From a virus, in the IMG/VR virus record IMGVR_UViG_3300047372_000605, positions 1 through 64,000 of that record: DNA of 64,000 bases, one strand, 5' to 3'. The notes under the pieces were generated by a model. The model was not told where the DNA came from and made no database searches. It was given only the letters and a program-made list of their open reading frames with translations. The first letter of the stretch is position 1, and every line of letters starts with the position of its first letter. Both the position numbers and the translations under genes were made by a program. Below are positions 21,001 through 30,115 of this stretch, one piece after another.

Positions 21001-22364
21001 ATGCTTTTATGATTTTTAATAATTTTGAATTTTCAACAAGAAAATATTATAGTGGGGCTTATGAAGTATTATCTAACCCTGTAGAAAATGAAACTGAAGA
21101 AGACAGACAACAACGTATAATAATAGAAGGAAAACCACCCCCTGAAGCAACTACTACTATAAAATATGGAGGAGGTGTAATTATGCCTTTTCAAATTGAA
21201 GAAAACCTTTCCACAGGAACTTCTTTTTACCAATATTTAATTGCTAGTGCTTCTGCTGCTTCTAATAGTACTAAACCCATTGCTAATCTTCAAGGTTTTT
21301 TGCCTATTACTTTAGATGTTAGTTTAGATGGAATTTCAGGTCCTAAAATATATCAAAAATTAAATGTTGATACTAAATTTTTACCTAATAATTACCCAGA
21401 TGCTATGGATTTTATAATTAGGGGAGTATCTCATACTTTAGATAATAATAGTTGGAGTACTAAATTATCAACTTTAGCTACTTCTCAATTATCCAATAAA
21501 ACTGTGTATTTACCAGATTTCAATTACAATATTGATTTAATAGCTGAAGAAAGTTCAAATATTGTACCTTCAGATAACCCTTATCCTAATCGTACTTCAG
21601 TAAGGAATTGGAGAGATAATAAATATCCTATAATTGTTAAATCTGAAAAAGTAAAACAAAATTATTTAAAAATTTATGGAAAAGAATTAAATAAACCAGG
21701 GTTTTTTAAAGGAGAGATTGAATTTGATAATTTTTTAATAAAACCTGGTGAGGGAAATCCAAATTCTTATACGACTAAATTTACTCAATTTTTAGAAAAA
21801 AATAGTTCTGATGTAAGAATTGCATTAAAAGGGGGATTTAAAAATACCCAAAGAAGTGAAAATCAATTAGGAAATGGAGGTGATATTCATGAAGAATTAT
21901 ATGTAGCTTTATTAAACCTATATGACCTCTTAGGAAAAGATAAATACAAACCTTATTTACCTATAACAATAACTGCAGGTAATGATGCATTCCATCATGG
22001 ATCCACACTTCCAGGTTCAGGAGGTTATAGTGATTCAGGAGCAAAGGTTCAACCTTATAACACTACTCATGTAAGAGGGTTAGCTTTAGATATTGCACAA
22101 GCAAGCCCTGCATCTAGTGATTTTAACAAGTTAAGGAATAGAGCTATTCAAGATGCACTTTGGGAAATTGGGTTTAAAGGTATTATATGGCACGAACCCC
22201 CTCACATACATGCAAACCTTTCAACAACCCCAGGTGTAAATGAAACTTTACAAGAATCTAATAATATATCTAATATTCAAAAAGATGTTCAATCCCAATC
22301 TCAAAATTTTGGTTTTAAACCCCCACAATTTATTGATGTAAATACGGGTAATATAACTTATTAA
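18069..22364 (+). CDS. Baseplate hub protein with a C-terminal zinc peptidase (M15/LAS-like) domain
   Basis: 1431 aa after the LysM gene; C-terminal HVRGLALD...HIH (HxxxxxxD...HxH). Confidence 0.6.
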   Translation: MANLIGEGFNDYVRRQINDRQKIYGSGAQSNTLRTEKEITYLNSRTAWIKVASSVSLDAKTGENGDLTMAKLRRKNLDLVGEIALKKDLAKKFVLFNGVSSLNKDSGDILKQRSGIINSNESPKSVHNSAYGMGGLEFGLQPMPGIISMDIEALNMGSLKKAIIKIKAYNKEQLAILDVLYLRLGYTLLVEFGNNLYIDKSGEVQNIGSTIIEEKFFTEELVGKSYRDLLPEIEKKRLEYCGNYDGFFGRITNFSWDFNPDGSYDIIINLYSLGDVIESLKLNQVNTQGLLQKYKNADEAQQKHMAARFKLDYNDENILTFLQQQERERDKIYEYLKEIQSFNYLKFTQESEVTRTARVQSQQTAVINDALQSSPHYGIDNVDNDPQIQNAINAQLKLDEQKRLEDLIAVEVLSGDRYVPKISFDPSVPPLYYKLVPNDPDLTATFDDKTNPPITQEEFDNLGGSLDAYKNKSSNYNEVELTDFTEEFKGVIYTVKLYRFTNSFIEDEKYVGNQIKLASIEGMGTDLLGSSQQQNIEAGFTPINFFTNGKEYSLTSLGPKTSEIFEPTKAIQTQGTSPRNRVPFPSDFDREILSKNNNKLRQAQQKIQAEQDQIIDLIKKEKSQKTLPKSNNVYIAATPFKKKTKLETIGNIINRSTGWDSTKLYKSSSDKADHVFIKKYNPIDNSYFIRFGTLLEFIKENILYKVDNGGDKKTNPPIFTLDTDIDSNIMYTLPNHISLDPTQAIVNINVKSIGSNIKTFEGLEEFQNTEPFYGKIMNIYLSHQFIFNQISANTDEKHNLILFDFLDSICSRLNVIFGGINNLHPSIDETTNCIKIYDDTPVPNLEKISQYLRAKDPKKYKFFEDVKNFQWNCNTLPNQTVPYTLNLYGYDGTSNNSNFVNNVKIATKVTKDMSTMLSIGATANGYVVGEESTAFSKWNFGMRDRYYEEIVDAEYDEKIKAELAERLKKDNEEIQRNYAFMIFNNFEFSTRKYYSGAYEVLSNPVENETEEDRQQRIIIEGKPPPEATTTIKYGGGVIMPFQIEENLSTGTSFYQYLIASASAASNSTKPIANLQGFLPITLDVSLDGISGPKIYQKLNVDTKFLPNNYPDAMDFIIRGVSHTLDNNSWSTKLSTLATSQLSNKTVYLPDFNYNIDLIAEESSNIVPSDNPYPNRTSVRNWRDNKYPIIVKSEKVKQNYLKIYGKELNKPGFFKGEIEFDNFLIKPGEGNPNSYTTKFTQFLEKNSSDVRIALKGGFKNTQRSENQLGNGGDIHEELYVALLNLYDLLGKDKYKPYLPITITAGNDAFHHGSTLPGSGGYSDSGAKVQPYNTTHVRGLALDIAQASPASSDFNKLRNRAIQDALWEIGFKGIIWHEPPHIHANLSTTPGVNETLQESNNISNIQKDVQSQSQNFGFKPPQFIDVNTGNITY

Positions 22365-22366
22365 TA

Positions 22367-23020
22367 ATGTATTATCCAAAATCCCAAATAAAATCCAATC
22401 TTTATACTAATGGGGATAAATATGCTCTTTCTACTAATCAAAAAGCATATACAGGATATTACTATTCTACTTCAGGTGGAACTAATTATACAGGTAAATA
22501 TCCTAATGATGGAAAAAATATAAGGTTAATACCTATAATTCCTCCTTCTTCTAACCAACAAGAAAATGACAATGTATTTTCTCCAAATACAATTATGGTT
22601 CAAAAAATCCCAATGGAAACTTATGGTTCTGAGGGTATAAATTATAACAATAATGTAAGTTATAGTAACCTATCCCCAAAACAAAAATCAAATGATAGGT
22701 CTCTTCCTATTCCATCCCAACCATCTCCTTTATCTAAAGATTACATTAATGGATACTTTATTAGATATTTTGTTAAAAAAAATAATGAATCACTTTATTT
22801 TGAAATATCACCTATTTATTACAATTTACTAAAACTTGAAGACCCTACGGTAGCTTTTGAACTTTACAGTTGTATAGAAGTAAAATGGAGGTTAAGGGGG
22901 AATAAAAGTGTTGTTTATGCCGTAAATAAATCATTAATTAAAAATGTAGAAAAAAAAGAAATATGGCCTGGATTTTTTAATTATTTTGATTATAATTTTT
23001 CACAATATAACTTGGAATAA
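22367..23020 (+). CDS. Hypothetical protein (end of baseplate block)
   Basis: 217-aa ORF. Confidence 0.6.
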   Translation: MYYPKSQIKSNLYTNGDKYALSTNQKAYTGYYYSTSGGTNYTGKYPNDGKNIRLIPIIPPSSNQQENDNVFSPNTIMVQKIPMETYGSEGINYNNNVSYSNLSPKQKSNDRSLPIPSQPSPLSKDYINGYFIRYFVKKNNESLYFEISPIYYNLLKLEDPTVAFELYSCIEVKWRLRGNKSVVYAVNKSLIKNVEKKEIWPGFFNYFDYNFSQYNLE

Positions 23021-23042
23021 TTAAGTTTTATAATTATATTTA
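23011..23042 (+). promoter_or_regulatory. Bacteroidota sigma-A-like promoter
   Basis: CTTG-N20-TATATTTA. Confidence 0.6.
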
Positions 23043-23046
23043 ATTA

Positions 23047-24309
23047 TTGTTTTGGCTAATTGAAAATACAGACCAATTAAAAGGTTTTTACAATAAAGGT
23101 TACAAAGAAGCTTATATAGAAGTTATACCATATTCTTATAAAACTCACCCTGTAACTAACAAAGTATCCTTAGTATATGTACATCCTTTAGATGCGCATA
23201 AGGGCTATATCATTTCAATAAACCATAGTGAATCTATGCCATTAAACAGCGAATATATTGCTGAATTAATTGGTAGTTATAATACATTGTATGTTTGGGG
23301 TAAAAAGGAATTTTTGCATTATTATGTGCATAAAAACATAATAGATATTTCTTTAACATCCCCAGAATATGAAATGGAAACTACTAAAGCTCACCAAATA
23401 TTATCACAAAGAGCTAAAAATAAGTTGGATATTAACAGAATAGTTCCTATCGTTAAACATTATGAAACGTGTGAAAAAAATTATAATAATCTAAAACAAT
23501 ATTTTAATGCACCAGTCAACGAATTTTACAATAGCAGAGTACCATTGGTATTCAACTCCATCGAAAGGAATGGTTTACGAGTTAATAGAGAACTCTTTAA
23601 AGAACACTTCAATAAAGATTGGGGAGATAAAGTTTACACACAATATAATTATAGAACAACAACAACAAGGCCCTCAAATAGGTTCGGAGGGGTCAATTTT
23701 GCCGCTTTAAATAAAGAAAATGGAACAAGAAAAACATTTATTCCTGAAAATGATAGATTGGTTGAAATTGACATTTCAGCTTATCACCCTACTCTTGCTA
23801 GCTCCCTTATTCATTATAACTTTGGTGATGACGATATTCATAGATCATTTGCGCGATTATATAACGTTGATTATAAAAAAGCCAAAGAATTAACATTTAA
23901 ACAACTTTATGGTGGTGTTTTTAAACAATATCAACACTTAGAATTCTTTCAAAAGATTCAAACTTACATAAATAAAATATGGAGTCAATTCCAAAATGAA
24001 GGTTTTATAGAATGTCCTATATCAAAATATAGATTTGAGCGGGATAAATTGGATAATATGAACCCACAAAAATTATTCAATTATTTGTTACAGAATTTGG
24101 AAACTGCAACAAATGTTTGTATATTATGGGAAATAATTAAGATATTAAAAAGCAAAAAAACTAAACTAATTCTTTATACTTACGATGCGTTTTTGTTAGA
24201 TGTACATAAGGGAGAGAAAGAGGAGATAAAATTAATACTAGATGTATTTAAAAAACATAAACTAAAAGTAAAGATTAAACATGGAAGCAACTACGATTTT
24301 ACAGAATAA
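23047..24309 (+). CDS. Compact, divergent family A DNA polymerase-like protein (TTG start)
   Basis: TTTRPSN, motif A-like EIDISAYHP, motif B-like KELTFKQLYGG, motif C-like YTYDAF. Confidence 0.75.
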   Translation: MFWLIENTDQLKGFYNKGYKEAYIEVIPYSYKTHPVTNKVSLVYVHPLDAHKGYIISINHSESMPLNSEYIAELIGSYNTLYVWGKKEFLHYYVHKNIIDISLTSPEYEMETTKAHQILSQRAKNKLDINRIVPIVKHYETCEKNYNNLKQYFNAPVNEFYNSRVPLVFNSIERNGLRVNRELFKEHFNKDWGDKVYTQYNYRTTTTRPSNRFGGVNFAALNKENGTRKTFIPENDRLVEIDISAYHPTLASSLIHYNFGDDDIHRSFARLYNVDYKKAKELTFKQLYGGVFKQYQHLEFFQKIQTYINKIWSQFQNEGFIECPISKYRFERDKLDNMNPQKLFNYLLQNLETATNVCILWEIIKILKSKKTKLILYTYDAFLLDVHKGEKEEIKLILDVFKKHKLKVKIKHGSNYDFTE

Positions 24310-24325
24310 TACTGATATTTATAAA

Positions 24326-24751
24326 ATGAATTACGACTTTGAAAGTCCTTATAATATTGGAGATTTGAATAATAAATTATTTTGTACATTTACTACATTA
24401 GATAATTTAGAGGGACTTGTATCTAGTCTCTCTTCTAAATACTCAATCATGTATAACAAAATGTTTGCGTTATATGTTAAGAGTAATGATGAATATGTTC
24501 TGACTTATAATGTAGACCAAGGTAACGTAAGTGAAATTCCTGATAACACAATATTAGTACATAGAAAAAAAGAAACAAATACTCTATATACTATAAACGC
24601 CTTAAACGAGCTAATCAAAAGCCTAAACGGAGGAGTAGTAAACACTAAATTCCCTATAGATTGGAAACACTATAGAAATTGTATACTATTAACCCAACAT
24701 AATGAGTTAAAACAACTCAATACCAAAATACACAAAATAATCGAACTATAA
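24326..24751 (+). CDS. Conserved hypothetical phage protein
   Basis: ATG at 24326 right after TATTTATA; HRKKETNTLYTINALN motif. Confidence 0.6.
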   Translation: MNYDFESPYNIGDLNNKLFCTFTTLDNLEGLVSSLSSKYSIMYNKMFALYVKSNDEYVLTYNVDQGNVSEIPDNTILVHRKKETNTLYTINALNELIKSLNGGVVNTKFPIDWKHYRNCILLTQHNELKQLNTKIHKIIEL

Positions 24752-24783
24752 TTTGGATTCCAAATAATCAGTTTGTATATTCA
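24752..24783 (+). promoter_or_regulatory. Bacteroidota sigma-A-like promoter
   Basis: TTTG-N20-TATATTCA upstream of the SSB gene. Confidence 0.6.
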
Positions 24784-24813
24784 TGTCGAAATTTTTAAAA
24801 AACAGTTATAATT

Positions 24814-25644
24814 ATGGATTTAAGCAAAATCAAAAATCGCTTGGACAACCTAAACCAGGCCTCCAAGCCCAAAAACACGGAAAAAAAGGACTATACATTA
24901 ATCTATTGGAAACCCAAATCAGAAGGAAAATTCCAAATCAGGTTTGTACCTTCGAAACTCAACAAAGACAACCCATTCCAGGAAATTTTCATGCATTATG
25001 GCATTGGAAAATTTCCAATAGTGGCATTAACCAATTGGGGAGAAAACGATCCTGTAGTTGAATTTTCCAAAAAACTAAGAACATCATCTGACTCTGAAAA
25101 CTGGAGACTAGCAAAACAACTAGATCCTAAAATGAGAGTATTCGCTCCTGTTATTGTTAGAGGAGAAGAAGAAAAAGGTGTTAGATTATTTGAATTTAGT
25201 AAAACATTATACATGGAATTATTATCAGTTGCTGATGATGAGGATTATGGTGATTTTACAGACATTAATCAGGGATTTGACTTTGTAGTAACAGCTACTA
25301 AAGTACAAGACAGACCTGGATTTGGATTAAGTCTAAGACCAAAGCCAAAACAAACACCACTTAGTGATAATGCTGATACTATTAAAACATGGTTAGAAAA
25401 TCAACCACTTTTATTAGAAGAAAGATACAAGTACACTTATGATAAACTAAAAGAAGAATTACAAACATTCATATCTGGAGGTGAAGAGCAAGAAGATACT
25501 ATAGTATCAGAACCAGCTGTAGCATTCGAATCAGAAGCACCAGCTAAAGAAGAAAAAAAATTCACATTATCAACCCAAGGTACACCTAAAAAAGCAAAAT
25601 CAGAGGAATTTGATTCACTTTTTGAGGATGATTTACCATTTTAA
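24814..25644 (+). CDS. Single-stranded DNA-binding protein (gp32-like)
   Basis: WKP..G...IRFVP, YGDFTD...G.D, acidic tail ending DDLPF. Confidence 0.8.
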   Translation: MDLSKIKNRLDNLNQASKPKNTEKKDYTLIYWKPKSEGKFQIRFVPSKLNKDNPFQEIFMHYGIGKFPIVALTNWGENDPVVEFSKKLRTSSDSENWRLAKQLDPKMRVFAPVIVRGEEEKGVRLFEFSKTLYMELLSVADDEDYGDFTDINQGFDFVVTATKVQDRPGFGLSLRPKPKQTPLSDNADTIKTWLENQPLLLEERYKYTYDKLKEELQTFISGGEEQEDTIVSEPAVAFESEAPAKEEKKFTLSTQGTPKKAKSEEFDSLFEDDLPF

Positions 25645-25654
25645 TTAGATTTAT

Positions 25655-26731
25655 ATGCCAAGAGTAAAAAAATCACTATCGGAGGCAGTCTCCAAAGAAA
25701 TAAAATCCAAGTTTAATTTAAGTTCCTTCAAAGAAAAGAAGGGACTTAAACAAAATGTCAAATTTAAAGACCAAGAATGGATTCCACTATCATCTGCATT
25801 TCAAGATGTTACATCAATACCAGGTATTCCTACAGGACATATTGTCTTACTTAGAGGACATTCTGATACAGGTAAAACAACAGCATTATTAGAATCTGCA
25901 GTATCAGCTCAAAAAAGAGGTATACTACCTGTTTTTATTATTACAGAAATGAAATGGAATTGGGAACATGCTAAACAAATGGGATTACAAGTTGATGAAG
26001 TAGTAGATAAAGAAACTGGAGAAGTTGTAAACTATGAAGGTGAATTTATTTATGCTGATAGAGAAACAATCCACAGTATAGAAGATGTTGCTAAATTTAT
26101 TTTAGATTTAATGGACGAACAAAAGAGAGGTAATTTACCATACGATTTATTATTTTTATGGGATTCAATTGGATCAGTTCCTTGTGAAATGTCTATTAAA
26201 TCAAATAAAAACAATAATGAATGGAATGCTGGAGCAATGTCTACACAATTTGGAAATAGTGTTAACCAAAGGATTACATTATCAAGAAAAGAATCATCTG
26301 AATATACTAATACATTAGTTTGTATTAATAAAGTATGGACAGCAAAAGCAGAATCACCTATGGGTAAACCCAAGCTAATGAACAAAGGCGGATTTGCTAT
26401 GTGGTTTGATTCTACATTCGTAGTTACATTTGGTAATATTTCAAATGCTGGAACATCTAAGATTAAAGCAATTAAAGATGGTAAGCAAGTAGAATTTGCT
26501 AAAAGAGTTAATCTACAAATTGATAAAAACCATATTAATGGAGTTACTACAAGAGGTAAAATTGTAATGACACCACATGGATTTATCAATGACGATGATA
26601 AAGAATTAAAAGCCTACAAAGATCAAAATGCTAAAGCATGGAAAGATATTTTAGGGGGAACTGATTTTCAAATCGTAGAAGAAGAACAAGCATACAACGA
26701 TATAACTTCCTACTCAGAGGAACCACAATAG
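25655..26731 (+). CDS. uvsX: RecA/UvsX-like recombinase
   Basis: Walker A GHSDTGKT, Walker B FLWDSIG, KNHING motif. Confidence 0.85.
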   Translation: MPRVKKSLSEAVSKEIKSKFNLSSFKEKKGLKQNVKFKDQEWIPLSSAFQDVTSIPGIPTGHIVLLRGHSDTGKTTALLESAVSAQKRGILPVFIITEMKWNWEHAKQMGLQVDEVVDKETGEVVNYEGEFIYADRETIHSIEDVAKFILDLMDEQKRGNLPYDLLFLWDSIGSVPCEMSIKSNKNNNEWNAGAMSTQFGNSVNQRITLSRKESSEYTNTLVCINKVWTAKAESPMGKPKLMNKGGFAMWFDSTFVVTFGNISNAGTSKIKAIKDGKQVEFAKRVNLQIDKNHINGVTTRGKIVMTPHGFINDDDKELKAYKDQNAKAWKDILGGTDFQIVEEEQAYNDITSYSEEPQ

Positions 26732-26737
26732 AAAATT

Positions 26738-27763
26738 ATGGACAAGAAAAACTTACTTAAACTTCTCAATGATACTGAGGAGAATGATACCGGCTCATCT
26801 AAAGGTACAAGAACACTACTTATAGATGGTTTAAATTTATTTTTTAGAAATTTCGCTATGATGAATATGGTTAATCCAAGTGGTATTCACATAGGAGGTT
26901 TAGGTGGGTTTTTCCGTTCACTAGGTGCTGAAATTCGTAGAACACAACCTGATCAAGTTTATGTTATATTTGATGGAGCAGGATCCACTACAAACAGAAA
27001 AAACATATTATCAGAATATAAATCAGGTAGAGAAGACCAACGAGTTACTAATTGGGAAGTATTTGATTCTTTAGATGATGAGCATGATTCTAAAGTAGAC
27101 CAAATAGTAAGAGTAATACATTATTTAAAAACACTACCAGTTAAAACAGTTATATTAGATAAGGTAGAAGCAGATGATATCATCGCTTATCTGTGTGATA
27201 AATTACCAAATCACCCAGATGATAAAGTATTCATAGTATCCAGTGATAAGGATTTTCTACAGTTAGTAAACAAAAATGTTATTGTTTACAGACCAATGGA
27301 AAAAAAATACTATACAGAAGAAGTATTTAAAGCTAAATACAAAATGTCTCCCCAAAACTTTATTTTACATAAAACCCTTTTGGGAGATGCTTCAGATAAA
27401 ATTAAAGGTGTTAAAGGTTTAGGTGAAAAAGGATTACTTAAAAAATTCCCTGAATTATCAGAACGTGATCTTACATTTGATGATATATTTGAAATATGTG
27501 AGAAAAAATTCAAAGACCATGTTGTATACGCTCGTATTATACAAGGTGTAGATGATTTAGAAAAAAACTACAAAGTAATGGATTTATCAAATCCTATGAT
27601 GGATAAAAATGAAAAAAAATACTTAGATGAGGTTGTTAAATTAAAAGAATTAAATTATATTCCTGAGCAGTTCATTTCATTGTATAATGAAGATCAGTTA
27701 GGTGGAATGATTAGAAATTTAGATTATTGGTTAAAAGAAAATTTTGAAAGGTTATATAAATGA
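26738..27763 (+). CDS. 5'-3' exonuclease / flap endonuclease (T4 RNase H-like)
   Basis: LIDGLN, FDG, YKSGR, EADD, SSDKDFLQL, GDASD.IKGVKGLG motifs. Confidence 0.9.
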   Translation: MDKKNLLKLLNDTEENDTGSSKGTRTLLIDGLNLFFRNFAMMNMVNPSGIHIGGLGGFFRSLGAEIRRTQPDQVYVIFDGAGSTTNRKNILSEYKSGREDQRVTNWEVFDSLDDEHDSKVDQIVRVIHYLKTLPVKTVILDKVEADDIIAYLCDKLPNHPDDKVFIVSSDKDFLQLVNKNVIVYRPMEKKYYTEEVFKAKYKMSPQNFILHKTLLGDASDKIKGVKGLGEKGLLKKFPELSERDLTFDDIFEICEKKFKDHVVYARIIQGVDDLEKNYKVMDLSNPMMDKNEKKYLDEVVKLKELNYIPEQFISLYNEDQLGGMIRNLDYWLKENFERLYK

Positions 27764-29112
27764 CATTAAAAAGTATACAAGAATACGGTCCCAAATTTCA
27801 AGTTAAAGTACTATCATCTTTACTAACCCATAAAGAGTTTTTAGTAAACATATATGATATATTAAATGAGGAAGATTTTAATAATCAAGCACATAGATGG
27901 ATTGTAAAAGAAATACTTCAATACTACGACAAATACCATACAACACCTTCATTAGATATTCTAAAGGTAGAAGTTAAGAAAGTAGAAAATGAAGTATTAC
28001 AATTATCTATAAAAGAACAATTAAGAGAAGCATACATAGCCTCAGATGAAGATTTAAAATATGTCCAAGAGGAATTTACAGGGTTTTGTAAAAATCAACA
28101 ATTAAAAAAAGCATTACTATCATCTGTAGATTTACTTAAAGCAGGAGATTATGATTCTATTAAAATAATGGTTGAAGAAGCACTAAAAGCAGGTGCTGAT
28201 AAAAACATAGGACATGAATATAATCTAGATATTGAAACTAGATATAGAGAAGACAATAGAAAACCAGTTGCTACACCTTGGCCTAAAATAAATGAATTAC
28301 TACAAGGTGGATTAGGGCAGGGAGATTTTGGTTTAATATTTGGTAATCCTGGAGGAGGTAAAAGTTGGTCATTAGTAGCATTAGGAGGACATGCTGTAAG
28401 AATGGGTTACAACGTTTTACATTATACTTTAGAATTAGGTGAAGATTATGTAGGTAGAAGATATGATTCATTTTTTACCAAAGTACCAGTTAACCATATT
28501 TCTTCTCATCAAGACCAAGTAAGAGAAATTATTCCTCAAATACCAGGTAAATTAGTTATTAAAGAGTTTCCAATGGGAAAAGCCACAATCCACACAGTAG
28601 AGTCACATATTAGAAAGTGTACTGATTTAGATATCCAACCAGATCTTGTAATAATAGATTATGTTGATCTTCTTTCATCAAGAAGGAAAAATGTTGACCG
28701 TAAGTATGAAATTGATGATATTTATACAAGCACAAAAGGTCTTGCTCGTGAACTAAATGTACCAATTTGGTCGGTTTCACAAGTTAATAGAGCTGGTGCA
28801 AAAGACGATGTCATAGAAGGAGACAAAGCAGCGGGATCTTACGATAAGATTATGATAACTGATTTTTGTCTTTCGTTGTCTAGAAAGGCAAAAGATAAAG
28901 TAAATGGCACTGGAAGGTTTCATGTAATGAAAAACAGATACGGTATGGATGGTTTAACATATGGAGTAAAAGCAGATACATCAACAGGACATTTTGAAGT
29001 TCATGATTATGATGAAGATAGCGAATTAGAATCCCCTTCAAGACCAGTTAATCCTAACTCTAATTTTGATCATTTTGATCTTAAAAAGTTAAATCAGGAA
29101 TTTAATTCCTAA
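27760..29112 (+). CDS. Replicative DnaB/gp41-like helicase
   Basis: GNPGGGKS, TLEL, IIDYVDLL, SQVNR, KNRYG. Confidence 0.9.
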   Translation: MTLKSIQEYGPKFQVKVLSSLLTHKEFLVNIYDILNEEDFNNQAHRWIVKEILQYYDKYHTTPSLDILKVEVKKVENEVLQLSIKEQLREAYIASDEDLKYVQEEFTGFCKNQQLKKALLSSVDLLKAGDYDSIKIMVEEALKAGADKNIGHEYNLDIETRYREDNRKPVATPWPKINELLQGGLGQGDFGLIFGNPGGGKSWSLVALGGHAVRMGYNVLHYTLELGEDYVGRRYDSFFTKVPVNHISSHQDQVREIIPQIPGKLVIKEFPMGKATIHTVESHIRKCTDLDIQPDLVIIDYVDLLSSRRKNVDRKYEIDDIYTSTKGLARELNVPIWSVSQVNRAGAKDDVIEGDKAAGSYDKIMITDFCLSLSRKAKDKVNGTGRFHVMKNRYGMDGLTYGVKADTSTGHFEVHDYDEDSELESPSRPVNPNSNFDHFDLKKLNQEFNS

Positions 29113-29125
29113 AATTAAATAAATT

Positions 29126-30112
29126 ATGGCTAAAACAAATTTACTCCAGGAAAGGATAGTATATAAACCTTTCGAATACCAAGAAGCAGCTGATTACTGG
29201 CTAAAACAACAGCAAGCACATTGGTTACACACAGAAGTTCCAATGATGTCAGATGTTAACGATTGGAAACAAAACCTATCAAAAACAGAAAAAAACATTA
29301 TAGGGTCAATATTAAAAGGTTTTGCTCAAACTGAAACAGTTGTAAATGATTATTGGAGTGGATTAGTAACAAAATGGTTTAGAAAACCTGAAGTTATAAT
29401 GATGGCTACTACATTTGGAGCATTTGAAACAATACATGCTGAAGCTTATTCTTTATTAAATGAAACACTAGGTTTAGAAAATTTTGCTGAATTTATGGAA
29501 GATGAAGCAACAATGGCTAAAATAGAAAATTTAACAGCCGTTAGAGACAGCTTTAATGGTGAAAAAGACATACATGAAATAGCAAAATCATTAGCTATAT
29601 TTTCTGCATTTACAGAAGGTGTAAATTTATTTTCTTCATTTGCAGTTTTACTATCTTTTAAAATGCAAAATAAACTTAAAGGAGTAGGTCAGATAGTAGA
29701 ATGGAGTATTAGAGATGAATCATTACACTCAGAAGCTGGATGTTGGTTATTTAGAACATTAATAGCTGAAAACCCAAAAATAAAAACACCAGAATTAGAA
29801 GCAGCAATAAATGAAGCAGCTTTATTATCACTACAATTAGAACTTGATTTTATAGATAAAGTATATGAACTTGGTGATTTAGAAGGATGTTCAAAATATG
29901 ATTTAGTTAATTTTATAAAAAACAGAGTTAACACAAAATTAGGAGATTTAGGATACAATCCTATAATAGGAGATGTAGACATGACAGCGGTAAATAATAT
30001 GAAATGGTTTGATGCTTTAAGTGCAGGTAAACAACATACAGATTTTTTCGCTTCAAGAGTAACAAATTATGCAAAAGGTACTAAAGACTGGGATGCAGCA
30101 ACATTATTTTAA
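29126..30112 (+). CDS. nrdB: Ribonucleotide reductase class Ia beta subunit
   Basis: ETIHAEAY, EGVNLFSSF, RDESLH, DFF motifs. Confidence 0.95.
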   Translation: MAKTNLLQERIVYKPFEYQEAADYWLKQQQAHWLHTEVPMMSDVNDWKQNLSKTEKNIIGSILKGFAQTETVVNDYWSGLVTKWFRKPEVIMMATTFGAFETIHAEAYSLLNETLGLENFAEFMEDEATMAKIENLTAVRDSFNGEKDIHEIAKSLAIFSAFTEGVNLFSSFAVLLSFKMQNKLKGVGQIVEWSIRDESLHSEAGCWLFRTLIAENPKIKTPELEAAINEAALLSLQLELDFIDKVYELGDLEGCSKYDLVNFIKNRVNTKLGDLGYNPIIGDVDMTAVNNMKWFDALSAGKQHTDFFASRVTNYAKGTKDWDAATLF

Positions 30113-30115
30113 GAT

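Noticed and set aside
24751-24765. Short inverted repeat ATTTGGA-T-TCCAAAT over the SSB promoter
   Set aside because: Could be an operator but is a single short AT-rich instance with no recurrence.
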